Shown piece by piece: positions 1 to 12,100 of a DNA stretch of 64,000 nt. Numbering within the stretch: the first letter of the stretch is position 1; each line of letters starts with the position of its first letter. The DNA is from Tubiluchus corallicola. Its lineage: Eukaryota; Animalia; Priapulida. The stretch is from contig JAQGDQ010000029.1 of assembly GCA_030141605.1 (NCBI GenBank), positions 372,001 through 436,000 of the forward strand, given 5' to 3'. The notes below the pieces were generated by a model, which did no database searches, had not been told where the DNA came from, and saw only the letters and a program-made list of their open reading frames with translations. Position numbers and translations under genes: made by a program.

Positions 1-1965
1 TCAAATGTATTAAAGTTCTCTGTGAGCATTTTTTACATTTTTATATGACGAATCGTAGCGTTTGTTCAAATAGAAGTATAGCTAAATTAGACAATTAGAT
101 GATAAGGTTCATGTAGTGCCTCACGCCACGTGCTATAATGATGCGTCATGTTTGTTTTTTTTAGAATTCAAGTATTAATACAAACCAAATGCAGTCTTGT
201 TTTCGAATCTAGCTGTTGTCAACTTCTGGACATATACCCTACTTGTTATTAGTTGTGGTAGCGTTCTTTACCTGTAATGTTGTAAATCTAAGTCGCCAAA
301 TAGCTGTTATAGCTAATGTTGCCTGTTAAATGGGCGACTGTATTTAAAATTGTCTTTGCCGTTGTCTTTTACGAAACGAGTGACAGTGTCTAATTCTCCA
401 ATATGTTTCAAGTGGCAGATAAAGGCGTTTGTTCTACCTTTTCGCCTATTTTATTACTGTTTATGAGTTTTCTACATTCGCCGTTACCGTGTTATTGTCG
501 TACAAAAGTGAACGCTGTTACACCGACGCCTTAATTTCGTTTACAAATATAAATGTGTATTTTAAATTTCTCCATCACTTCAGCGTTTGCATTTACTATG
601 CAAACATAATTTCTCAGAAAGCTGGTTATTTTGCTGATGGACATGAACAAGTTGTATTGATCATAGACACCTGCTGAAAAGCGTTGAACAAATCCATCTC
701 ATTTTCCAAGCAAATAATTCAGAACATACATGTGAGAATGACGTCATTTAAATAAACAGGTGAAACAGACGCGTGTCGATCATTTCAACATGGTTTTGTG
801 TTTGCTCGCATGTGAAATGACAAATATGGTCAATCACTTGTTCCACATGTTGTTATCGCAGATTTGCCATTGTTGAAAGTATTAAAATTGATTTCCTTTG
901 AAAGCTCGACGAAGCTTTTGTATTATTTAAATTTCATCTGCAAAAATAGCTACACTCAAGTGGGAGCACGCTTCCATCTACCTATAGTTCAATATTCATA
1001 CGCAAGTTGCACGACTGCTTAATTCGAGTTCGAGTTATCGACAGAACTGCTTCGAGTTACACTTTTAAGCAAGGTGGCTTTTGTCGTGGTTTAGTATATA
1101 ACACCTATTCCAGTATCCAACACTCTGTTTGAACAAAATGGTATGTCTTACACAAAAAATGAACCATCAGTCAGATGTTTCCCTACATGGCAGTCCGTAT
1201 CACTGTTAAATATAAAGTGGAAATAAATAACATTTGAGATAGTCAGACTGCAACAGCCTAGTTACCCTAGTATGTACGTATTCGCCGTTAGGCCCGTCAC
1301 ACGGTTGAGTCAGCAAGCAATAACAAACTGACCACAAAAACAAGACAACAACAACAATCCAAGCAAGTACTGTAGACAGGACGACAAAGACATTGTTGGT
1401 AAAGATGTTCCTAATTTTAATAGGGCTGGTAGACGTAAATTACTCCTAAAATTGTCATACGTTTAACTCAGGTTTTTGCAAATTGTCTGTGCATATAGCA
1501 AAAAGTGAAAACAATTTTCGTAGTAATTGCTAAATACTAAATGATCGCTTAAAATCACAACATTTGTTTACCTTTTAACTACCTTTTATTACTTTCTAAA
1601 ACCATTAGATTTACAACGCCGTTCATGAAAAAAAAACTGGCTGTGAATTGCTTGGGTGTAGGCCAGTGTTAACGTCAACGTCGTTGTTGTCATCAATTGT
1701 CATCATCATCATCAGAATAAGATTCAGAAACAGAATCATTATCATCATTATGACGTCATTGTTATATTGTCGGCATCATTATCGATATATTCTTTTTATG
1801 AAAAGTTTCTGCAAATTGAGTTTTAACTTATAAAGCATACAAAGCTTAACAAGATCACGTTTTGACTCCGTACCAATTGGCAAGGGAACTTGGCGTCAAA
1901 GTGCAGTAAGTGCTTGATGTAGTCTGGAATCAATTCCTCCACTATTAGTCTTATATATTACTCAT

Positions 1966-3348
1966 TTACAAGTGATCACATTCATGTAGCTTAGCAGTAG
2001 ATAAGTACTGACTGTCAGTCATAGATACCAGACAGTCCACACTTACAGATGTCCTCATAATTGGTTGGACGTTAGTATTGGTTAGTAACATATAATTCTG
2101 TGACGATGTACAAAGTTCCAAGGCTGACACACTATTTGTGTGCACTGACGCGTTATTACTGGAAGAAAGTCTTTTAAAAAATGAGTCCTCATTTTGCTCA
2201 TTAGAAAAGTCTTTCGATTTCCTTTCGGACTGAAATTTGTCATTTATTCGCAGAACCGGAAGAGGAATCGTGTTCCTTGCTGGATTGATTTTATGGTGGA
2301 CAGGAAACAGTTTGTGGTAGAATCGAAGTAAGGATTTTCGCACGAGTTTCTTCCACTCAGAGTTATTCATGGGATTCATAAGAGGTTCAATTGCCGCATT
2401 GCCTAAACACATTGTCAAGCAGGCGATTGTCACATTTTCTAAAATCAACGACGGTGCTGTCACCTGTAACGTGTAAAACACAATTATGGGTATCCAAACT
2501 AAAGTAGCCGTGAAAGTTGCAATTGCTATAAATTTGGTGATCTTCCATTTGCTTTTTTCTTCCCAGGCCTTCTTGGCTCTTCGTGCAGCTACAAAACTTT
2601 TCCCCATACGGCGCACGAAGTCGTAAGCGATGGACATCACCTTCGCGTGTTTCTTTGCTGTCCTTGAAATGGTCAAGTTCATCACAATTTGAAGCACCAT
2701 TGTCAGTGGGATAACAATGTAAAATCCACATTGAACGCTTCCGCAGAAGAAAAAACGTCTTCTGTTGTGGAAAATTTCAGTATCACTGTTCCAAATAGAG
2801 TAGGCTGCAGTCATTGTTACAATCCAAGGTGTCATCCATAAAGCCAACAACACTATCAAGTATCTTTGTTTTGTCATCCAAATTACATACTTAAAAGGGT
2901 GAATAATTTCCAAATATTTGTCAGTCAAAAAGAAGACGAGATTAACCATAAAAGCAAGGACCATGCTACACTGTAGAATGTACTTAAATGTCAATCGACT
3001 TACACTTAATTCTGCACGTACTGAGTACATCTCTTCCAGAATTTCACCAACTGTTGGTAAGAGTACTGTCATCGCAATTCCTGTATCAGCTGCCATCAGA
3101 CTCGCCAGAGAAACATTCTTTAATTTCCTCAGGCTAAAGTTTGATAAAAAGCAGAACAAGAACAAGACATTTCCAGCAAGTATGATCGCACTTTGAATGA
3201 GTATAATCAATACAACAACAATGTTGAAAGCAAAATTATCTAATGCAATCGAATTCTCACTGTCCAAGATTTTTGTTTCTTCTACGGTTTCATTATTGGA
3301 AATATTTGTGAGACCATTCAGGCCAAAACCTGGAAACATATGCGGCAT
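1966..3348 (-). CDS. Orphan class A (rhodopsin-like) G-protein-coupled receptor, intronless CDS, 460 aa
   Basis: Single long ORF with seven hydrophobic segments. TM1 'LAGNVL', TM2 'SLASLMAAD', TM3 end 'TDKYLEIIHPFKY' (DRY-xx-I-xx-P-xx-Y pattern), TM4 'LALWMTPW', basic ICL3, TM6 'LVWIP', TM7 'NAAIEPLMNP', Ser/Thr-rich C-tail, N-terminal sequons (NIS, NET). Candidate minus-strand AATAAA at 1585-1590. Confidence 0.93.
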   Translation of the reverse strand: MPHMFPGFGLNGLTNISNNETVEETKILDSENSIALDNFAFNIVVVLIILIQSAIILAGNVLFLFCFLSNFSLRKLKNVSLASLMAADTGIAMTVLLPTVGEILEEMYSVRAELSVSRLTFKYILQCSMVLAFMVNLVFFLTDKYLEIIHPFKYVIWMTKQRYLIVLLALWMTPWIVTMTAAYSIWNSDTEIFHNRRRFFFCGSVQCGFYIVIPLTMVLQIVMNLTISRTAKKHAKVMSIAYDFVRRMGKSFVAARRAKKAWEEKSKWKITKFIAIATFTATLVWIPIIVFYTLQVTAPSLILENVTIACLTMCLGNAAIEPLMNPMNNSEWKKLVRKSLLRFYHKLFPVHHKINPARNTIPLPVLRINDKFQSERKSKDFSNEQNEDSFFKRLSSSNNASVHTNSVSALELCTSSQNYMLLTNTNVQPIMRTSVSVDCLVSMTDSQYLSTAKLHECDHL

Positions 3349-5926
3349 TCTACCCCACCGAATGCATTAGAAACAACTGAAATTCAAACACTCTGTAGTT
3401 TGTGTTCTTTATGTATTAATGCTCATACATTCAAGAACTAAACGCATGCTGGACTGGTTCTGTTCCATCCACAATTTCAGAAAACTTCTAAAATTTTGCT
3501 GTTGTGAACTGCTGGTTTTTAACGAAGCTGTGAATCACGAAGAAATTATTACTAATTCGTTGCTTTCTGCTTGGCGTACACCGATTGTATATAGGCCACT
3601 ATATATGTATACACTGTATACGTCATATCTCGCGTTTAGATATTCTGTAGTTAGCAGTATTTAATTAAGTAACGAAGCCATCATTAGCATGCATTTGTAG
3701 GATGCAGATCTATACAACGTGTATGAACTTTTCCGTTTCCCCACAAAGTGTGCGCGCACTGAGAGATTTGACAGAGCATCAAATTCGTTTATCTGATAGG
3801 GGAATCTATTCACCAACAAGACGGAAGAAGTCAATGATCTAATTTTTTATAAACGAAAAATGATAAAAAAAAACTGACAAACAACCTGGCGTATATAAGC
3901 CTCTGCAAAAATCAATATAATATCCCACTTTTGCAGAAGCGTTGCACAGCCAGCTATATTTCTATAATATAATAATTTTCTAATTTATCGGAACAAACTT
4001 GTTCACAAATCTGTGGCACATGCTCCTACTTGCACTAACAAAAGTAATTGTAGAATGTTATTAAGTTTATTATACACTGCTTGCTGTGTGCACACTGCGC
4101 AAACGACGTCGATAATATCGAATTGCATGTAATTCAAGCTCCGAACACGATGTCGTTTTCTATAAGACGTTTTGTCATTTATTTGTCAATTATTATAATG
4201 ATTATCGTGCCAATAGTGACGCATGCTTAAAGAATGGCTTAAAGGATTATAATATTTAGTAAGCAGTTGCTGTTCAAGTTAGATATAAAATTACATCTAA
4301 ATTTCAAAATTCCGGTGTTAGACCATGCACACCCAGTTTTTTGTTTTCTAAGTAGAAATAACTACAATTATACTGAAGCCAGTATCGACTAAAGTTGGTT
4401 TGCATACAGCAAATTTCACAGTTTCATGATTTGTTTACTGAAAAGGATTCTGAGTTTCTGCTATGGGCGTTTTGAACCGTAGTGGCTCATCGGTTTTGTT
4501 GAATATACTTTGCTCAAAAGTCACTAACAAATGACTAGGAAAAGACCAAACGACAAGAGAACAAAATATTTTAGTATTTTTTTTAAATCTAATCACTTAA
4601 TATTATTGTATATTGGAACAGAGTAGAGCAGAGAAGAGCAAGTGGAGTAAAAACAAAACATTGGCAAGCAAATTCAAAACAAAAAAGAATATTGTTGCGA
4701 ATATAAGACAAAAAAATGTTAAAATATTAAGAAACAAGTAAAATTATTTGACAACCTATTGCAATGCATTAGTCACTAAAACAAAATATGCGGCCGAAAG
4801 ATCAAATGCTGTGAGATTTGCAATTTTTTGTATAAATTTTACTTATTTTGAGTGGATTAACAATGCAGGTTTTATTTTTGTGAGCTCCGACCAGTACAGC
4901 CGTACACCCATTACCAGGTTTGTAACGAATCAGAGCTGTATTTTATGTAAATGTAATATTTAGAATGGAAAATAAAATAAATTACTGTAATTACAGCGAC
5001 AAGCTGAATTGTCAACTTAGAAATAAATCACTTGGAATTGGAATAAAAGCTAGATTTGTGTATCAGTGTTGAGCTAATACAGTGAATAATATCAGTGAAT
5101 AAGCGTAAACTCCAATATTTTTTGGCCCCGCCCCCACAGCGTTCTATCTCTTTCGGAACATAGTCGTTTAAAATCATATGACTTATGATGACCCGTTCGA
5201 GGTATCGATTTACGTTGTTCTTGAACAGAGACTGATGTAAACGAGGCTTTAGTTTTCTTTTAAGGACTGAATCAGTCTATAGCCTGCATCTCACTAATTA
5301 ACAGCAGCTAGGAAGTAATCATATCACAACAGGCATGCACGTCCAAATCTATTATTGCAGCCAACACAAAACAGCCTAAGTAAGTAACTAACCTCATTCC
5401 TGTTAATTAAGATTTTTGTTGCTGTCGGCATGAACTCGCAGGTGACTGTCACGGGTAGCAGGTCGACGAGGAATAACGATCATAAGTTCGCCAGCACAGT
5501 ACATATGCTATGTATAAGAGCGCAAAATATGATAATGTGTTCTTGAAATCATAACTGTAGTTTCTGTAAGGTCCATCATCTGTTCCTACCTGCAGCAGTC
5601 ATCTAAACGCGCGAAAGTAACATCAAATTAGAAAGTCTGAAACATTTTACACCTCTACTGAGTTCGAACCCAAACCCATGATAACTATTACACAGCAGAG
5701 GCGTCTGATTTTCCACTCAAAAATTTAACATGTAAGTTTCTAGAAGTCTATCAATGTGGAATCATCGTCACATTGTATCAAGAAATGATAGGCGAACAGG
5801 TTGGTAGTACTAATACTTGGAAATTAATAGTCTGTTACTATTTTCAATGTGGTCAATTAAAAAAATTAATCTATCTTATCTAATTCAAAACCAATCACAT
5901 AACACACGACAGCAATACTAAAGTAA

Positions 5927-6020
5927 AAGTCTGAAAATTTTGCACTGCCATTTGAAATCGAACCCTAGACCTTTTGCTTTCAGGACAGCTGTTAACCAAC
6001 TGACCACAGAGGCATCCACC
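5927..6020 (-). mobile_element. tRNA-derived SINE-like remnant (second degraded copy at about 5633-5710)
   Basis: Minus strand shows Pol III A-box-like TGGTCAGTTGG and B-box-like GGTTCGATTTC at tRNA spacing. Shares AAGTCTGAAA..TTTT..CAC..TCGAACCC..CAGAGGC with 5633-5710. No intact cloverleaf seen. Confidence 0.5.
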
Positions 6021-6283
6021 GACTCAGAAATTCAGTTTTATATGGTTTGGCACTGCTTTGTTTCAGGTTTAGTTGAACTCAGTTCAGTTTTGTTTAGTGT
6101 AATTTAATTTAGTTTAGTTTAGTGTAGCTTAGTTCACTTTAAGTATTTTTGTTTGGTGCGATTAATAATTTTGCAGTTTCTTTAATAAATCTGGAATAAA
6201 TAAAACGAAATAAAATAGTTCATAAAGGAAACAAAAGCAGAAGTGAAATTGCGAGCTTGAAGAACACGGTTCATTGAAATCGT

Positions 6284-6289
6284 TTTATT
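6284..6289 (-). terminator. Candidate distal polyadenylation signal of CYRI (implies about 2.8-kb 3'UTR)
   Basis: Minus-strand AATAAA followed on the minus strand by U-rich sequence, at the end of a long stretch that looks like 3'UTR. Inference only, since AATAAA is common in AT-rich DNA. Confidence 0.35.
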
Positions 6290-8432
6290 TAATTACAATG
6301 ATCAAACTTACAGTGACAAACTAACAAAAGCAGAATATATAAGCAACTGTATTAATAATAAAAACTGAAAAAATCACATCTAGTCAAGAATATGCCAAAT
6401 ATATTTACATCATTAAATATATGACACTAAAGAGTATAGACACTAGTGACCAAGCGTCAACTGTTGCGTAGAAACTTGTGCATGTAATTTATGAGCCATA
6501 ACAATAATTTTTTTTAGCTGCAGATCTTTTTGTTTAAAACACTCAAATAACCACACAGGATATCACAAAAATATTACGATAACACATCAGAGTAACAATT
6601 TATTAGTGTAATATTGCGAGTTTAATTTGATCCATAGAAATGAAGAGACCTTAGTTTTATAGTAACCTTTTCCTTCATGTTTCTTTTCTTTCTACTGCAA
6701 ACGGATTTACAACATATTATTATCAATATAATGTAAGCGAACATAACTGACAGTTTGGTCACCTTGAATGGCAGTGATGAAAGTTGATGCCCTGACAGTC
6801 TGTAAAAAATTGTATGTCTTTACTTGGCATGGTTTTTGTTACAAACTAAATATTTACACAATAAAGATGTCAATAAGAAATACAATTACAAAAAGTAACA
6901 AATCACTGCTACGTATATTACGTGTATATCACTGATGTGTGGCACTAATTATTGCTAATTACAGGTACATTAGCTTATTTTAGTTTAATAAGAATTTAAG
7001 CAACTGATACCATAGGTTCTGTAAACACTTTGGCACAGTATATTGTGCATTGCAAGTAGCGCCACCATTGATAAAAGTAATATCGTCTTAGACTACACCA
7101 AAGTTGAAAAGAACGACAACACTGTTACTACATGGGCTAATTACAAACAAACAAGAATGAATGAAAATTTACAACAGGTAATCCCGTTATATCACTTATT
7201 TCACAAGGCTCTATTTGACATGATATCATCACGAAATTCACTGCTAATTGCCCCAGAGTATTTCGCTAACAAAAAAGCAACATTGATGTAAAAAAGGATT
7301 TCCATTATAAAACGGACTAATATTGACTGAATAAAGCAAATCACTGCCCAGATATATGGAATGGAGAAATCTGTGTTGCAGCCAAATCTACACTTCTGAA
7401 TTGCTTAAATATGTATGATGGACTATCTACCATCTCACATTTACAGTACTCACGTATTCATCAGAATACAAAATAACAAACAGAAAGCAAAATGTATTAC
7501 AGTCAGTGAGAAAATTATTGTCAACATAATGCTATGTTTAGACTGTTACACTGGCCCATAGATGATTACTCGATCCTCGATTATGCAAGCACTCATTATT
7601 TGAACAAATAAATAGGGAAATGATTGCCAAAATTTGTCCTTTGTATTTGTGCAAATTATTAATTTATCAATAATGAATTTGGAAGTGTTGCATTTTCAAA
7701 ACTCTTCATCTTGTATGCAATGTAAAAGTAATCATGGAGGTTATAGAACAATTTATACACAAAGTGTCCAAATAAAAGTATTAATTTTGTGATCTGCTCA
7801 GGAATTATTTCAGATAGTCAGATTGCTACGTACATAACATCATATAAATGTATACTATAATCTGCATATGCAGTTAATATAGAGTAATACACACTGACTT
7901 TAATCACACAATTACAGCCACATACAAATTTATAATTACACTTTTAACAGCAAAATTTATAAACAGACTAATAATGATTTACTCAAGAAAGCAGGACTTG
8001 TGGCATAACTATACTAAGCTAAAACCTATATGGTCTAAAATCTATGCACCGGTCAATCAGTAAATTACAGATGATAATTTACGAAGGCATATTTACATTG
8101 AGAACTACTACTTTGACACTAAAACTATCACACAAGCAGTGATGAGGTATACACAACTAAAGCAATATGACCTACACTTTTTATTCTAATGCTTAATTAC
8201 CTGAAAGACCATTCAGTTGTAGGCTACACAAAGTGAAGTAAATCACAAGAACAACGTTTCTTCTAAGAGAACTTTTAATCTGAAATAATATGCTGATAAA
8301 ATAAATAAATATGCTGCCAGGGCAGTAATAGGTCTATTATACAGTAAAGTAACAGGTATAGCATCACCTAACAAATGCTGTAAACTTACAAACAGGCAAG
8401 TACTAAACTAAATACATTAACATGCGCTATAC

Positions 8433-8993
8433 CAGGGTGCATAAGATTATGGATATGTATAAAATAAATAAAATAGCTTATTTTATGGATTTTTGAAATT
8501 TTATTTTACGGATATCAATAAAATAAGAAATAGACTATATCTGGAACGAGATGCCCAGGGGGAAATCAATTAAAAAGTAAAAACAGGAGTGCTTGAAACG
8601 TGTTTTTAAACACGCAGGACTTAGTTTTAATTTTATTAGTCTACAAAGAGTACGTCTCTGGTGGCTGGGTCTCTCTCAGTTATTTTCAGACCGAACTCTA
8701 GGTCATGCTTTGGCTGAAACTTCGCCATCTTGATAACAAAAAGACAATGAGAAAAAAACAATGTAAAATAGCAAATCCGGAAATGCGCTTTTGTTGGTTT
8801 GTTTTCTTTCTCTTTCTCTCCTTCTAACGTTCGTTTTCAGTGTTGCCAATGCTTACAACTTGTTACTTTGTACAAAAAATCACAAAAAAAATATTTTTTT
8901 ATTTTATGCATTTCTTATTTTATGGATTTTTCAAATTTTATTTTATGGATTTTTGGTCTTATTTTATGGATATCCATAATCTTATGCAGCCTG
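8433..8993. mobile_element. Non-autonomous TIR DNA element (MITE), P-element-like, in probable CYRI 3'UTR
   Basis: 24-bp TIRs CAGG(G/C)TGCATAAGATTATGGATAT (1 mismatch), 7-bp direct repeat GCTATAC at 8426-8432 and 8994-9000, internal TTATTTTATGGATTTTT sub-repeats. Superfamily inferred only from CA..TG ends and TSD length. Confidence 0.85.
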
Positions 8994-9120
8994 GCTATAC
9001 GTAATAAATTTTTACACAACTTCAGCATAACGTTAACACAATAATTTATATTCTACATTGAAAAACTAGCTGTACAGTAATTGTTGACTCTATTAAGACA
9101 TATGTACACTTGCAGTAGCG

Positions 9121-12100
9121 CTATCCCAACAACATTTTTATTTGTTTTGGTGTAGTTTCATCATTCAGATGTTTGGTTGTGTATCTGAAAAGAAAAAATT
9201 ATTCAATTAGCTAATATTATACACTCACACTGTTTGAATTTAGAAATGGACACACAAGCAATTTTTAAAAGCCCCTATGCCCGATATAAGCACTGCAAAA
9301 CAACGAAAACTAAAAACAATCAACAGAAGTGGCAAAAAAGTAATGAAAATGACATGCATGAACAGTTTGACTAAAAATAGCATGTGCATTGTGCAGTATT
9401 GCATATTATCACGACAATTTATATAACACATTTTAAAATGTGACTGCAAGTCAGTAGTATAATGGGAATTGCATGCTGTCATGTCTAAATGCAGTTACTT
9501 TGCACAAGACAGTTAGAAATTCGGTTATTTTGCAGAGCTTGCTGAGATAGTGAGACCATTAGAACATCTTCAGAAAGTTTAGCCAAAGAAAAAAATATTT
9601 TTTTTTCATTTTTTTGAGGGATTTTATCCAATAAAAAAACATCCCAAGAAATTCAGTATTGTTATTTTTCTATTAGTTGACTATTAATTGCCAAATTATT
9701 GATTTAATTTTTGACAGCTTCGTTTGCAGATAACAAAATTAAATGATTTTACACTACATTACAGCAAAATAATCAAGACACGTCAAGTGAAAAACACTCC
9801 TAGTGGCAGTCACTTTGTAGGTGGCACAGACAACTTAATAACTACTAACTAAAGCAATAAAACTATAATTGGTGCATTTTATGGTCACTCAGCAAATGGT
9901 TCAAAGCAAAAAATGAACAAACACATTCACACTACAGAAAAATTCAATGAGCGCATACGTTTTTAGCCCACCCTCTGTTATGAACTTTGATTAAAACAGT
10001 GAAACTGTGCTTATAACAAACTTATTTACATACCTTAATGCATTAATTAGCCCCTGTGATTTATCTGTATTTTGTTCTTTCAAAACTTTTATTGCTCCTT
10101 TTACCTATGATAATAAATGAAAAAATTGTTTGGTAATTATATCAACATTCCATTAAAATAAAACAAAATTTCGATTTACGTAAAAGTAAAGCCACTGTTA
10201 TAGTTACACTAGCCCACAAATAGATGGCTTTCCCTGGGCAAATCTTGCTCCAAACATAACAATATGAATAGACTGCAGTAAGGTATAATATTAAAATATT
10301 AATGTATATAACACTAATTTTTACACCCTGACAAGGTTCAGAAAATCCCAACAGAAACTAAAGACTGACAGCTAACCAACAATAGGTCTACTTAAAATTA
10401 CAATAGCTGACAACATACATGAATGATATCAAATTTGATTATAACAAAAAATGATAAAATGCCTCCTGTGAGTTCTTGAGAATTTTGTTACTAGAAGTAA
10501 ATTAGTTGTTTTCTGCTATATTCAACTGACTGAACTTGTAACTGATGTGTCATATACTTTTGCATTCATTGATAATACTTATAAATATATCGATGTCTGC
10601 AAAAGGTAGGTGTGGTCAAATTTTCATGCCTTACCAATTTTAATAACAATAATTTTATCATTCAGTATCTTACGGAATTTGCAATCTAATTAAGAATTAA
10701 CAGAAAATCACCAATAACCATATCCAGTTAAGCACAGTTGACTAAAATTGTGGTGCACTAAATTTTTCGTACCAAGTTTTTCACTTGATAGATGGCAGCA
10801 CTGCATGTGCTGAGTAAAGGCTGCAGTGGTTGCACATATTTTGTCTTCAGTTCCATGCCACTTGTGGCTTTATACAGGCTGGTGTTGCTGTTAGTTTCGT
10901 GATTTATTTTAAATTATTTGTGATATAAATATTCCTAAACATTATATCCGAGCTTAGCGTTTTTATCACAGGATATAATAAAAGTTTTTCTATAAATTTA
11001 TACAAATGACACTGATAAAACTCAAAATGCTCGACAAGCCTTACATCGATAGATGAATTTTTCGCAAAAGCTCCAACTGGATGTACATGATCATAAAGAA
11101 TGATGACTCCGACCATTACTCGCAAACAGAATGTCACTGTGTCCTCATTACTAAACCGAGCATAAAACTCCCTAAAAACATCCAATTCTATTTATCATTT
11201 TTAGTAGAATCTCCAACATTTTTTCACACATATTCACAGAAAAAGTACAACACGAAAAAAGGTATGCACAAAAAATCAAGTTAAGTGCAAGTAGTGTTGG
11301 CATTAAGTTTTATTTCTGTTTGAACGATTATCTTTGGCCATTAATGTGGCCAATTTTATGAGAAAAATAATCATAAATAAAGAAAATTTAACTGCAGATG
11401 AAAACACATTAATTATTACAAGTAATTAAATTATTATTGATTTACTCATTTCTGATGCAAACAAATAGAGTTCTTACAAAAGCATCTAGAACTTAAACAC
11501 AAATTTTCATTTAAGAGAAGTTACATCAAATTAAATGCTGTTTACTTATAAGAAAGATTTGAAAATTTTACTTACGGGTTTTCTATCATTCGTCGACAAA
11601 TGGCAGACATTGTGCTTAAACAGTCTGTAGTGTTTTCTATTGGTAAATCTTTGTTCTGAAACAAAAAGCATGACATATACATTCAACAAACATTTTTATC
11701 TTTAGATTAGCTTATAATTGTTCTACTTTATTGGTAATAGAAGATGGTTTGTTTAGTATTCAAGAAAAAGTTTTTAAAAGTTGAGGTTTTGCCATTTACC
11801 AAAATTACTGCTCAGCTTGTAATAGTTAATATAAGATTTACAAACAATCAAGTTAATTTATGAAGTTAATTTTGCCAATATCACTGATATGGGCAAATGT
11901 TGCAGCAAAAGCCGCACAAAAATAAATAGACAAAATCAAACTGAGAGAGTAACGGAAAATTTCTTTAATTTTTGATTGGTAGGTGTGGAAGATTCAGAGA
12001 TGGTATAGTTCCAAAATGCAGTTTGCGTGACAGCAGCATAAACTATTTGAAATAAATTTCCATTTACAAGAAGCTACCACATGTTCTACAGTCCAGAAAA

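Noticed and set aside
739-1758. Two palindromic CRE sites TGACGTCA (739-746, 1751-1758)
   Set aside because: They lie downstream of the GPCR with no assignable promoter inside the window, and one is inside a degenerate (ATC)n repeat.
2387-3196. Overlapping 114-aa and antisense 92-aa ORFs
   Set aside because: Shadow frames of the GPCR CDS with no independent evidence.
5927-6020. Possible tRNA gene
   Set aside because: A/B boxes are present but no convincing acceptor or anticodon stems, and a second decayed copy is nearby, so a SINE-like remnant is more likely.
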